The translations under genes and the position numbers were made by a program. The notes below the pieces were generated by a model. That model was not told the DNA's origin. It did no database searches and was given only the letters and a program-made list of their open reading frames with translations. From the NCBI GenBank assembly GCA_022750455.1, contig JAKIVR010000005.1:1-61079 (forward strand): a stretch of DNA of 61,079 nt, read 5' to 3'. The stretch comes from Thermoplasmata archaeon (GTDB taxonomy: Archaea > Thermoplasmatota > Thermoplasmata > Lutacidiplasmatales > UBA184). Shown here piece after piece: positions 50,096 through 59,128 of this stretch; the stretch's first letter is position 1, and every line of letters starts with the position of its first letter.

Positions 50096-52278
50096 CGACG
50101 CCGTTCGCCTCGGTGTCGCGCCGCCGACTGCTCCTGCTCGCCGGCTCCGGCTTCATCGTCTTCGTGACGATCGTCAGCGGCGGCGTCAGCGTCGGCCTCT
50201 TCAGCGCGCCGACCGTGCATCTCGGCGGGGGCGCCGAGGAGTCGGTCGGACTCGCCGCGAGCTCCGATGCGACGGCGACCCCCGGTGGCTCCGTGGCCGC
50301 CTCCCCGATGATCCTGAGCATCTCCGCGACGCCGCACGCGATCTGTGCGTTCGGAGGTCTGACGTGCACCGCCGGCGCCGGCGAGTCGCGGATCACGCTG
50401 ACGGCGCAGGCGCCGTCGACGGGCGCCGAGACGTGGCCGAACGTCCAGGTCGCCTTCGTCCTCGACACCTCCGCCTACAACGGCGACTACGACCCGTACG
50501 GGAACCAGAATGCGGACCCGTGCGCGATGCAGAACTACCTCATCGACACGCTCTGCGAGGAGTCGAACGGGATCCCGTTCTTCGTGGCGAACGCCCAGGC
50601 AATCGCGAACGCGATCCAGTCGGCGAACCCCCGGAGCGCCGTCACCTTCGCGCTCGTCGACTACTACGCGACGCTCGACGCCTGGGACGACGGCGACGCC
50701 CCCCAGTACCACGTCGACCTCTCGACGTTCGTCCCGGCGAGCGCGTTCGGGAACGCCGTCGACAGCACCTTCCAGGCGACCCAGCTCACGGGCAGCCTGA
50801 GCGGCGAACGCGGCAAGGGCTGGATCTACCCGGACATGGACCTCGACAACGCGTTCCTGCACTCGGACGAGATCACGGCCCTGTACGGCGCGATCATCGG
50901 CAGCGGCCTCGACTGGTCGGAGGGGACCCACCACGTCCTGGTGACGATGGGCGACGGCGCGCCCCGCGCGCCGGGCTACGCCGAGAACTACTGCGTCAGC
51001 TCCTCCTCCTACAACCTCTACGACGAGCGCACGGGCGCGGAGTGCATCTCGGCCACCTGTGAGCCCGCCTACACGTTCGGCGCCGACACGAGCCCGACGT
51101 GCGAGGGCTGGACCGTCTCCCAGGACGGGAACGCCAACGACTCGATCGCGGCGCTCGCGCGCACCTCCCCGACGTGCACCGACTCGATCGGCGGACGGTG
51201 CACCGTCGACGTGATCAACTACTACGATGGCATCACCGACCCGTACTCCGAGGCGTGGCCGACGACCCTCTGGGGCAAGCCGACGACCGACATCGGCGGC
51301 GGCCCCGGCGGCCCGCAGGTGATCGAGGACGCGTACCACCAGCTCCTCGCCGGCTGCGCGATCGCGCAGGCGACCGGCGGCAACTGGGACGGCCCCGACT
51401 TCTTCACCTGCCCCGACGGCCAGGCCGGGACGCTGCAGTACGTCGACCACGGGGCGTACGATGCCCCGACGACGACGAACCCGACGTTGATGTCGGCGTT
51501 CCAAGACATCAGCTTTGGACCGATCCAGGCGACGCTCGTCGCCACGGGGACCGGCCGCCCGATCTTCTCCTTCGTTCCGTTCGGCAACATCAAGATCGCC
51601 CCGGTCCCGCAGTTCCAGACCGTCTGCACCGAAGGCAACGGCGTCCTCTGGCACGGCGGCGAGAAGTGCCCGAACGTCCCCGAGAACCTCTCCAGCCTGA
51701 GCGGAGAGGATTACATCGGCTGGAACTGGAGCAACAACGCGTCGCAGAACCAGCTCTACCTCGGCGACAGCTGGTCCGTCTCCTTCTGGGTGGTGGCGGA
51801 CGGTCCTCCATACACGACCGTCCCGGTGGACGCGTGCACCACGGTCGACTGCCGGGCCGGCGGTTCCACCTCCGTCGGGGGTGTCTACTCCGCGGCGACG
51901 TACATTCCGGCGACGAACAACTCCGTCGTGACCCTCTCGTTCCCGCTCGGGATCGTGGAGGTGGTGCAGACCCCCACCCCGGCGCCGCCCGCAACAGCGC
52001 CGCTGCCCGCGCCGCCCCCCCCGCCGCCGTTCTCGATCCCGGTCACGTCGCCCGTCGCCGTCCAGACGCCGGTCGGCGTCTCGGCGCAGGTGCCGATCAT
52101 CGAGGTCGCCCTGCAGGCGACGGCCGTCGGCTTCCTCGTGGGGGCCGCGATCCGCGTGCAACAGCGCAACCGTCCGATGGCGGTCGTCAATCTGGCGGGC
52201 AAGCCGAAGACGATCCGGTCGAAGTTCGACTCGGAGTCGGGGATGGGCTCCGGAGCGGGCGTCGGCCGCTTCGAGTGA
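50092..52278 (+). CDS. Cys-rich vWA-domain cell-surface protein, paralog 2
   Basis: GTG overlaps the upstream stop (GTGA). SRRRLLLL leader, QVAFVLDTSAY / VTFALVDY / HHVLVTMGDGAP. Collinear with paralog 1 and has the same C-terminal tail. Confidence 0.82.
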   Translation: MTTPFASVSRRRLLLLAGSGFIVFVTIVSGGVSVGLFSAPTVHLGGGAEESVGLAASSDATATPGGSVAASPMILSISATPHAICAFGGLTCTAGAGESRITLTAQAPSTGAETWPNVQVAFVLDTSAYNGDYDPYGNQNADPCAMQNYLIDTLCEESNGIPFFVANAQAIANAIQSANPRSAVTFALVDYYATLDAWDDGDAPQYHVDLSTFVPASAFGNAVDSTFQATQLTGSLSGERGKGWIYPDMDLDNAFLHSDEITALYGAIIGSGLDWSEGTHHVLVTMGDGAPRAPGYAENYCVSSSSYNLYDERTGAECISATCEPAYTFGADTSPTCEGWTVSQDGNANDSIAALARTSPTCTDSIGGRCTVDVINYYDGITDPYSEAWPTTLWGKPTTDIGGGPGGPQVIEDAYHQLLAGCAIAQATGGNWDGPDFFTCPDGQAGTLQYVDHGAYDAPTTTNPTLMSAFQDISFGPIQATLVATGTGRPIFSFVPFGNIKIAPVPQFQTVCTEGNGVLWHGGEKCPNVPENLSSLSGEDYIGWNWSNNASQNQLYLGDSWSVSFWVVADGPPYTTVPVDACTTVDCRAGGSTSVGGVYSAATYIPATNNSVVTLSFPLGIVEVVQTPTPAPPATAPLPAPPPPPPFSIPVTSPVAVQTPVGVSAQVPIIEVALQATAVGFLVGAAIRVQQRNRPMAVVNLAGKPKTIRSKFDSESGMGSGAGVGRFE

Positions 52279-52358
52279 GCTCCGAGAGCGCTCCGGGCGC
52301 CCCGGGGAATTGGAACGGCCAAGCGCTTATGTAGCTCCACGCTGCTCGCGCGCTCGGC

Positions 52359-52601
52359 ATGCTGGCGTTCTCGGACATTCGCAGCTACGCAGCCCCGGAA
52401 GAGCGGTTCACCCACTGTCTGTACTGTGGTCGCGGACTGTACGTCCTCTCCAACGACCGTCGGGGGGGAGCCTGCTTTGATTGCCTCTCGTTGCTCGGGC
52501 CCGAGGCCACTCGTTGCTCCGAGTGTGGGGCGGAGATCGCCCCCGCGCAGCGGGAGGGCGGCTGTGCTTCGTGCCGCCGCCTTCCTGCGGCGCGTGACTG
52601 A
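52359..52601 (+). CDS. Small protein with four CxxC motifs (double Zn ribbon)
   Basis: CLYC, CFDC, CSEC and CASC in 80 aa. CTTATGTA box about 30 nt upstream. Confidence 0.7.
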   Translation: MLAFSDIRSYAAPEERFTHCLYCGRGLYVLSNDRRGGACFDCLSLLGPEATRCSECGAEIAPAQREGGCASCRRLPAARD

Positions 52602-52640
52602 GAGCCCTCGCAGGAGATCCCGGCGGCGGCAGTCGCCCGA

Positions 52641-53111
52641 TCAGGGCGCGTCCGATGACTCGGTAGAGGCCTCGTCGGCGGCCGGGCGACGCGTGGTCGG
52701 CCGCTTCGCGCCTTCCTGGGCGCCCCGGACGGCGCCGTGGATCGCGCCCTCGGTCGCATGGGCGACCTTCTCGGCGGTGGGCCGGAGCTCGTCGTACGCC
52801 TTCTTCGAGACCTCGGCCGCGGCGTTCGTGGCCTTTTCCACGGTCGGCCGGACTTCCCGGTAGGCGCGCCGCGACAGCTCCGCCGCCTCGTGGGTCGCCT
52901 TCTCGACCGCGGGGACGACCTCGCCGGCCGCCTGGCGGGAGAACTGGATGGCGTCGTGAGCGGTCTTCTTCGTGGCGTCGAGGGTCTGGTGCGCGAGCTG
53001 GCGGACCGATCCGCCCGGGCTCGGGGGCGGAGCGGTGGGGCCTCCCCGGCCGCAGGTGGGGCAGACGCTCGTCTCGTGGGTCAGCGCGGTTCCGCAGATC
53101 GGACAGTTCAT
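52641..53111 (-). CDS. Zn-ribbon protein with 22-aa amphipathic helical repeats
   Basis: ATG 53111 with GGAGG SD, CPIC..CPTC, and three 22-mer repeats. Confidence 0.75.
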   Translation of the reverse strand: MNCPICGTALTHETSVCPTCGRGGPTAPPPSPGGSVRQLAHQTLDATKKTAHDAIQFSRQAAGEVVPAVEKATHEAAELSRRAYREVRPTVEKATNAAAEVSKKAYDELRPTAEKVAHATEGAIHGAVRGAQEGAKRPTTRRPAADEASTESSDAP

Positions 53112-53219
53112 GGTCGGCCTCCGGGAGGGCAGTACGGCCGGGCGAGGTATATCGCCGTCGGGGCCCGTCCGTGAGGGGCCAAAGCTCAAATCGGGGGGCA
53201 CCATGAAAATCGTGGGCGT

Positions 53220-53337
53220 GCCGAGGTGGCTCAGTCCGGTACGGCGCAGGCTTGGAAAGCCTGTGGCGAATTTCGTCTCGGGAGTTCAAACGCCGCCACC
53301 GGCCGTTCCGGTGCGGCGGAGATTCTCCCCCTCGGCG
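53220..53337 (+). tRNA. tRNA-Ser(GGA) with a 33-nt non-canonical T-loop (59/60) intron at 53291-53323
   Basis: Acceptor stem GCCGAGG/CCTCGGC-G, anticodon arm CAGGC-TT-GGA-AA-GCCTG, long variable arm. The T arm GGGAG-TTCAAA^..^T-CTCCC is restored only after removing the hairpin insert. Confidence 0.92.
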
Positions 53338-53363
53338 CTTCCCTCCGAGGTTGAAGATCGCTC

Positions 53364-53861
53364 ATGACCGCCCTCTCCCGACAGACGACCCCCGCGCTGC
53401 TCCAGATCAACTCGATCTTCCGCCACCTCGACGGCCCGGCCGCGCTCACCGAGATCTGCCGGTACCTTCGCCGGGAGTTCCCCCATTACCACTGGCTCGG
53501 CATCTACCGTCTCGAGGGGAGCGAGCTCGTGCTGGACGCCTGGGACGGGGACGCCCCCACGGAACACGTCCGGATCCCCGTGGACAAGGGATTGTGCGGA
53601 CAGGCGGTCCGGGAGGGACAGACCGTCCTCGTGAGCGATGTCCGCTCCGCCCCCGAATACCTCTCCTGTTTTCTCGACACCCGCAGCGAGATCGTCGTGC
53701 CGATCCGTCGGGACGGGCAGGTCATCGGAGAGATCGACGCCGACGGTCTCACCGTGGGCGCCTACGACGCGAGCGATGACCGGTTCCTCACCGAGGTCGC
53801 CCGGAAGATCGCGCCGGCGATCGGACGCCCGAGCGGACCCGCCGCCGCTCCGACGAGCTGA
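53364..53861 (+). CDS. msrC: GAF-domain free methionine-(R)-sulfoxide reductase
   Basis: WLGIY, RIPVDKGLCG, YLSC, RSEIVVP and GEIDAD. Confidence 0.85.
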   Translation: MTALSRQTTPALLQINSIFRHLDGPAALTEICRYLRREFPHYHWLGIYRLEGSELVLDAWDGDAPTEHVRIPVDKGLCGQAVREGQTVLVSDVRSAPEYLSCFLDTRSEIVVPIRRDGQVIGEIDADGLTVGAYDASDDRFLTEVARKIAPAIGRPSGPAAAPTS

Positions 53862-54591
53862 GTCGGACGAGCCGTCGCTGGATCTCCTCGAGCGCCGCGC
53901 CCGGGGCATCGAACGAGGGAGGGGCCCGGGCCGGTAGCGGCCGGCGGCTCCGGCGGCGGACCTCCTGAGCGATCCGTTGGAGGGCCCGGTTCAGATCATC
54001 GACGAGGGCGAGGTCGGCCCGCTGCGCGGTCCGGGAGAGCGGGTTGAGGTCGATCGCGATGATGCGGACCCCGTGTCGCTGGAGCGCCTCGGCCCGGTCG
54101 CCGTCCTCGAGAGGGATGATCGCGAGGTCCGCTTCCCCGAGGCCTCGGCGGTCGATCCGGGCCCGGTCCGACGGCAGGCCGGGGAGCCGGGCCGTCGGGG
54201 TGACGCCCAGAACGTCGGGGACCCCGGCCGCCCGCAACCGCTGGGCGATCGCCCGGGCCCGGGCGGGGGTTCGGTGGAACAGGTTCACCTCCACTCGGAG
54301 CGTCGGGAGGAGCCGGACGAGCTCGGCGATCTCGGGGGCGGCGAGGGCCGCCACGTTCCCGTTGACCGAGAGGACCGGGTGCCGGGCCCGTCGGATCCAA
54401 TCGGCCGCGATCCGGGCCGCTCGGCGGGCCGAGGCGGTGGTTCGCTCTCCCAGAAGATAATCGAACGCCTCTCCCCGACCGTGGGCGAGGAGTCCTTCGG
54501 GAACGACGAGGCCGCTCCGGAACGATTCGGCCAATCCGGCCCGACGTCTCAGGCTCGCGTACCGGGGATGTCTCGGCGAGATCTGGGTCAC
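53788..54591 (-). CDS. 4-phosphopantoate--beta-alanine ligase (archaeal phosphopantothenate synthetase)
   Basis: HPRYASL, GLLAHGRGEAFDYLLGE, SVNGN, EVNLF, PLEDGDR and IDLNPLSRT. Confidence 0.92.
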   Translation of the reverse strand: MTQISPRHPRYASLRRRAGLAESFRSGLVVPEGLLAHGRGEAFDYLLGERTTASARRAARIAADWIRRARHPVLSVNGNVAALAAPEIAELVRLLPTLRVEVNLFHRTPARARAIAQRLRAAGVPDVLGVTPTARLPGLPSDRARIDRRGLGEADLAIIPLEDGDRAEALQRHGVRIIAIDLNPLSRTAQRADLALVDDLNRALQRIAQEVRRRSRRPLPARAPPSFDAPGAALEEIQRRLVRLSSSERRRVRSGVRSPARSSGRPR

Positions 54592-54612
54592 CGGAGGATC
54601 CCGAGGTCGATC

Positions 54613-55350
54613 CTAGTCCCCGGTCACCGCCGGGGTCGTCTTCTTTCGGGCGAGTTCGTCAGGTGTCCCCGGGCCGTTCTGCGCCTCGAGCGCGGCGATC
54701 CGCTGCTCCAGGGGCTGCAGCGACTGCTCGATCGCCCGGGCGACGACCAACTTCACCGACTCCTCGAGCGCGAGGATGTCGCGGCTGAGGTCGGCGATCC
54801 GGCGGGCGTTCTCGCTGAGCAACAATCGGCTCTGCGCGGCGAGGCGGTAGCCGTCGTCGATCCCCTTGGTCAAGGCGCTCGCCTGCTCACTGAACGCCAC
54901 GATCGATTCGCCGACCGGGGCCCACTTCTGGTCGAGGTTCTCTTGCAGGCTCTGGGCGAGGGTCTCGGAGATCCGGTCCGTCGCCTGGGACATCCCGGCC
55001 GTGATCCGGTCCGTGAGAAGGCCGTCGAGGCTCTCGAGGCGGCTCGCCACCGCCGCTTCGAGGCTCGCCTGGCCCTGCTCGATGCGGACGAACCGGTCCT
55101 CCAGGGCCTCGAAGTGGGCGGTGAGGTTGCCGTAGGCGGAGCCGAGGAACGTGTCGAGGTGGGACGTCTGCACCTCGAGAGCGCGGAGGAGGACGTGGAG
55201 GACCCAGTGCTCGCGGCCTTTCGCTTCCGCGAGCGGCGAGTGGTCGAGCCGGTCCCGAATCTCCCGGTTCTCGATCAGGGTCTGGAGTTCGCGCAACGCC
55301 GCCAGCCGGACCGGCGAAGTGTTCGCGACCGGGCGGCTGGGCTCAGGCAT
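54613..55350 (-). CDS. Hypothetical all-alpha coiled-coil protein
   Basis: Heptad-like L/I spacing throughout, QPLEQRIAALE near the C-terminus. Overlaps the sfsA stop. Confidence 0.75.
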   Translation of the reverse strand: MPEPSRPVANTSPVRLAALRELQTLIENREIRDRLDHSPLAEAKGREHWVLHVLLRALEVQTSHLDTFLGSAYGNLTAHFEALEDRFVRIEQGQASLEAAVASRLESLDGLLTDRITAGMSQATDRISETLAQSLQENLDQKWAPVGESIVAFSEQASALTKGIDDGYRLAAQSRLLLSENARRIADLSRDILALEESVKLVVARAIEQSLQPLEQRIAALEAQNGPGTPDELARKKTTPAVTGD

Positions 55351-56131
55351 TGCTTCCCAATGCCGCCTCGGACTCTAAAAATCCTCCCCCTGACCGTCCG
55401 AGGGGGTCCCCGAGGTCGACGGGCACTCGTCGACCCCATTCCAACGTCCCGAGGCCGACCCGGAGGGTCCACGCGGAGAACCGGACGCCCGCCGATCGGG
55501 CGTGGCGCACGGCCGCGGCAAAGTCGGGATCCATCTCGGCGTTCGGCTGGAACGACTCGACGTCGTCCCGCTGGATGGCGAACAGGAGCCCCGTGCGCAC
55601 TCCCCGACGGGCGGCAGTCGCGAGGGCGCGGACGTGGTGCGTCCCTCGCTCCGTGGGCGCATCGGGGAAGAGGGCCCGCCGTCCGATCCGCAGATTGGAG
55701 CTCTTCACCTCGACGAGGTGCGTGATCCGCCCGTCCAGCCCCCGTTGGGCGAGGTCCCAGCGGTGCCCGTATCCCCCCACCTCCCGTTGCCACGGCCCCG
55801 ACCCAAATCCGGGTTCGGCGCCGTGTTCGAGGAGTCGAAGGGCGAGAAGGTTGGAGACCTGCGTGTCCAGCCCCACCCATGTTCGTCCGTGACGGACGGC
55901 GACCAGGTCGTGGTGCGTGCGCCGGTCGGGGTTCCGCGGGACCGGTACGACGCATCCGATCGTCCGACCGGGACGGAGCAGCTCCTCGTTCCGACCCGGA
56001 TTCGGCACGTGCGCCCAGAACGACACCCCACCGGACTCAGGCCGGACCCGCGCGAGGAACCGATTGGGGCGCTCGAGGAACCGGACCCGTTGAGGGACTC
56101 CGGGGTAGGTGTAGCGCGGGAGGGCGGTCAC
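55343..56131 (-). CDS. sfsA: DNA/RNA nuclease SfsA
   Basis: [30 protein letters not shown] and DPDFA. Confidence 0.92.
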   Translation of the reverse strand: MTALPRYTYPGVPQRVRFLERPNRFLARVRPESGGVSFWAHVPNPGRNEELLRPGRTIGCVVPVPRNPDRRTHHDLVAVRHGRTWVGLDTQVSNLLALRLLEHGAEPGFGSGPWQREVGGYGHRWDLAQRGLDGRITHLVEVKSSNLRIGRRALFPDAPTERGTHHVRALATAARRGVRTGLLFAIQRDDVESFQPNAEMDPDFAAAVRHARSAGVRFSAWTLRVGLGTLEWGRRVPVDLGDPLGRSGGGFLESEAALGSNA

Positions 56132-57288
56132 CGGGGATCGTCAAAGCCCGGGCCGAGCAGCTCGCGCGCGACGATCAGCCGTCGGATCTCGCTCGTGCCG
56201 GCTCCGATCTCGAGCAGCTTGGCATCCCGGGCCAGCCGCTCCAGCGGATACTCTCGCATGTAGCCGTTCCCGCCATAGATCTGGATGGCGTCGAGGGCGA
56301 CCCGCGTGGACGCCTCCGAGGCGAACGTCAGGGCGGTCGCGCTCGCCTTGGCGCTCCGAAGGTCGTGACGCACGGAGTCGAGGGCCTCGTACATCAGGAG
56401 CCGGGAGGCCCGGAGCTGGAAGTACATGTTCGCCAGCTTCTCCTGGATCATCTCGAACTGGCCGATCTTCCGGCCGAACTGCTCCCTCTCCCGGGAGTAG
56501 GCGACCGAGAGTTCGAGGCACTCTTCGATGATCCCGACGGGGATCGCCGAGAGGACGGCCCGCTCGACGTTGAGGCCGCCCATCATCACCCCGACCCCAC
56601 CGTTCTCGGCTCCGAGAAGTTGGTCCGCCGGGACCTCGCAATCCTCGAACCTCAGCTCCCCGGTCGGCGAGCCCCGCATCCCCATCTTGTCCAGCTGGCG
56701 AGAGACGGAGAATCCCGGTTGACCCTTCTCGACGAGGAACGCCGAGATCCCTCGGGCGCCCCGGGCCGGGTCGGTCTTGGCGTAGACGATCAGCGTGTCG
56801 GCGACCGGTCCGTTGGTGATGAACTGCTTGGTCCCGCGAAGGACGTACGCGTCCCCCCGGCGAACGGCGGTCGTGGTGAGACTCGTGGCATCGGAGCCCG
56901 CTCCCGGTTCGGTGAGGGCCAAGGCGCCCAACGACGCCCCCGTCGCGAGGGCCGGTAGGAATCGCTTCTTCTGGGCCTCGGTCCCGTTGCGCGCGAGGTT
57001 GTCGGCGCAGAGGTTCGAGTGGGCCCCGACCGACAGCGCCAGGGCCGGGCTGACCCGGGCGATCTCTTCGAGGATCACGGCTTGGGCCCAGTACGTGCTG
57101 CCGAGCCCGTCGTACTCCGTCGGGACCGTGGGGCCGAGGAATCCGTTCTCGCCCAACCTGCGGAACACCTCCCGGGGGAAGTGATCCTCCCGGTCCATCT
57201 TCTCGGCGACCGGCGCGACCTCCTTGCGGACGAATCGGCGGGCACCGTCCTGCAGGGCGACGATCTCTTCGGGGAGTTGGAACTCCAC
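56128..57288 (-). CDS. ivd: Acyl-CoA dehydrogenase, isovaleryl-CoA dehydrogenase-like
   Basis: [38 protein letters not shown] and [17 protein letters not shown]. True start is GTG 57288. Confidence 0.85.
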   Translation of the reverse strand: MEFQLPEEIVALQDGARRFVRKEVAPVAEKMDREDHFPREVFRRLGENGFLGPTVPTEYDGLGSTYWAQAVILEEIARVSPALALSVGAHSNLCADNLARNGTEAQKKRFLPALATGASLGALALTEPGAGSDATSLTTTAVRRGDAYVLRGTKQFITNGPVADTLIVYAKTDPARGARGISAFLVEKGQPGFSVSRQLDKMGMRGSPTGELRFEDCEVPADQLLGAENGGVGVMMGGLNVERAVLSAIPVGIIEECLELSVAYSREREQFGRKIGQFEMIQEKLANMYFQLRASRLLMYEALDSVRHDLRSAKASATALTFASEASTRVALDAIQIYGGNGYMREYPLERLARDAKLLEIGAGTSEIRRLIVARELLGPGFDDPR

Positions 57289-57311
57289 GAGCTCCGGACG
57301 CCGTCCGGGGT

Positions 57312-58892
57312 TTAACGGTTGGCGCGCTTCGACCGTTGGGGTCGCTCGACCTCGACGCCGATGTGGAGCGCCCACGCCGGGCGGGGTCGGGGGAAATCGG
57401 TCCGGTAGTGCACCCCGCGGCTCTCGGTCCGCTCGTGGGCCGCTTGGGCAATGCAGAGGGCGACCAGCGCCGCGTGGGCGGTGCCACCCAACGGGGCGCT
57501 CTCCGGATCCTCGGGGCCGAAGCGTTGAAGCAGGGTCTGGAATCGCTCGGCGCTCGCCTCCAGGGCCGGTCCGTTCCGGAGGATTCCCACGTCGTGCCAC
57601 AGCCGGCGACGGATCTCGCGGCGGGCCAAGAGGCTCTCCTCGGCCGCATCCCCGTCCGGCAGGGCGACGGCGACGAGGCGGCGAGGGCGCGGGGGGCCGC
57701 TCCAGGCCCGGCTGCGGAGATGGCGGGCGACCCGCTCCCCGAAGACGACCCCTTCCAACAGGGAGTTGGACGCGAGTCGGTTCGCCCCGTGGACCCCGGT
57801 CGCAGCGACCTCCCCGCAGGCCCAGAGACCGCGGAGGCTCGATCGGCCGACCGCGTCCGTCGCCACTCCCCCGATCAAGAAGTGGGCGGCCGGCGTGACG
57901 GGGATCCCTTCGCGGGTCGGGTCGATCCCGTGCTGCTGCAGAAAATGGCAGATCGTCGGGAACCGGGCCCAGAGCTTCTCCCGGGGGATCCCGGTCGCAT
58001 CGAGGTACACGCAGTCGGTCCGGGTGCGCTCCATCTCGGCGACGATGGCGCGACTGACGATGTCCCGAGGCGCCATCTCCGCCTCCCGGTGATAGCGAGG
58101 AAGGAACCGCTCCCCGGCGCGGTTGCGCAGGAGCGCTCCCTCGCCCCGGATCGCCTCCGTCATCAAGTATCGAGGGGCGCCGCGGTGGGCGAACACCGTC
58201 GGATGGAACTGGACGAACTCCATGTCCGCCAACAGCGCGCCGGCGAGCGCCGCCACCGCGATCCCATCTCCCGTGGCGACCCAGGGATTCGAGCTCTGGC
58301 TGTAGAGCGAGCCAGCCCCCCCCGTGGCGAGGACCACGGCCCCGGTTTCGATCTCGGAGACCGAACCTCCTGTGGAGCGGCCGACGACGGCCCTCACCCC
58401 GTCCGGACCTTGCGAGGTGACCCGGAGCAGTTGCGTCCGCTCCGACAGGTCGATGCCGAGGTCCAACGCTCGATGCTTGAGCGTCTCTTCGACATGCAGG
58501 CCGGTGGCGTCCCCGCCGGCGTGAACGATCCGGCTCCGGTGGTGGGCGGCCTCTCGCCCGAGGGCGACGTGGCCATCGATCGTGTCGAACGGGACCCCGA
58601 GGCGAACGAGATCCGCGATCCGCGCCGGGGCTTCGCCGACGAGGATGCGGGCTCGGCTGCGGTCCACGAGACCCGCGCCGGCCCGCACCGTGTCGGCCAG
58701 GTGTTGCGCGGGGGAGTCGCCCGGACCGATCGCCGCGGCGATCCCGCCCTGCGCGTACCGCGTGTTGGACTCCTCGAGGGTCGCCTTCGTCACCAAGGTC
58801 GGCCGGAGGCCGAGCTCGTGGCAGCGGATCGCCACGTACAATCCGGCGATACCGCTCCCCACGATGAGAGGACGATCCGAGGGACGGGGCAC
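57312..58892 (-). CDS. nadB: L-aspartate oxidase
   Basis: [40 protein letters not shown] and [13 protein letters not shown]. Confidence 0.93.
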   Translation of the reverse strand: MPRPSDRPLIVGSGIAGLYVAIRCHELGLRPTLVTKATLEESNTRYAQGGIAAAIGPGDSPAQHLADTVRAGAGLVDRSRARILVGEAPARIADLVRLGVPFDTIDGHVALGREAAHHRSRIVHAGGDATGLHVEETLKHRALDLGIDLSERTQLLRVTSQGPDGVRAVVGRSTGGSVSEIETGAVVLATGGAGSLYSQSSNPWVATGDGIAVAALAGALLADMEFVQFHPTVFAHRGAPRYLMTEAIRGEGALLRNRAGERFLPRYHREAEMAPRDIVSRAIVAEMERTRTDCVYLDATGIPREKLWARFPTICHFLQQHGIDPTREGIPVTPAAHFLIGGVATDAVGRSSLRGLWACGEVAATGVHGANRLASNSLLEGVVFGERVARHLRSRAWSGPPRPRRLVAVALPDGDAAEESLLARREIRRRLWHDVGILRNGPALEASAERFQTLLQRFGPEDPESAPLGGTAHAALVALCIAQAAHERTESRGVHYRTDFPRPRPAWALHIGVEVERPQRSKRANR

Positions 58893-59128
58893 GAAGTCGG
58901 GAGTAGCCCCGGGGGTAAAGCGCTCGCCCCAGAGTCCGCCATCGAGTCACGAACCATTTCGTGTCCCGGGCGGTACGACGACATGGTGCCCGGCTTCGGG
59001 GGAGCGGGGCCGACCGTTTCGCATTTTCTCCAGGCTCCTGTCGAGGTCGTACGAATCCTACAAACTCCAACGCCCGTCGGGGGCCAGCTCCGGGGCCAGC
59101 GCGATTTCCGGAGGCGTGAACGGAAAGG

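Noticed and set aside
19501-52161. Long antisense ORFs (928, 1039, 918, 1153 and 763 aa)
   Set aside because: They lie opposite well-supported genes and are expected from stop-codon scarcity at high GC3. No motifs were recognised.
43976-52300. TGA readthrough (Sec) after the vWA genes, since both stops are followed by GAGCGCTCCG
   Set aside because: The shared 10-mer falls in different frames, the downstream peptides are unrelated and no SECIS-like element was recognised. It is probably a duplication remnant.
41566-53337. Surface locus as an island integrated at tRNA-Ser
   Set aside because: No integrase and no duplicated tRNA 3' end were found by eye, and codon style resembles the other secreted-protein genes.
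53788-53861. 74-nt convergent overlap of msrC and the phosphopantothenate synthetase gene
   Set aside because: Only low-complexity tails overlap, which is common in GC-rich genomes.
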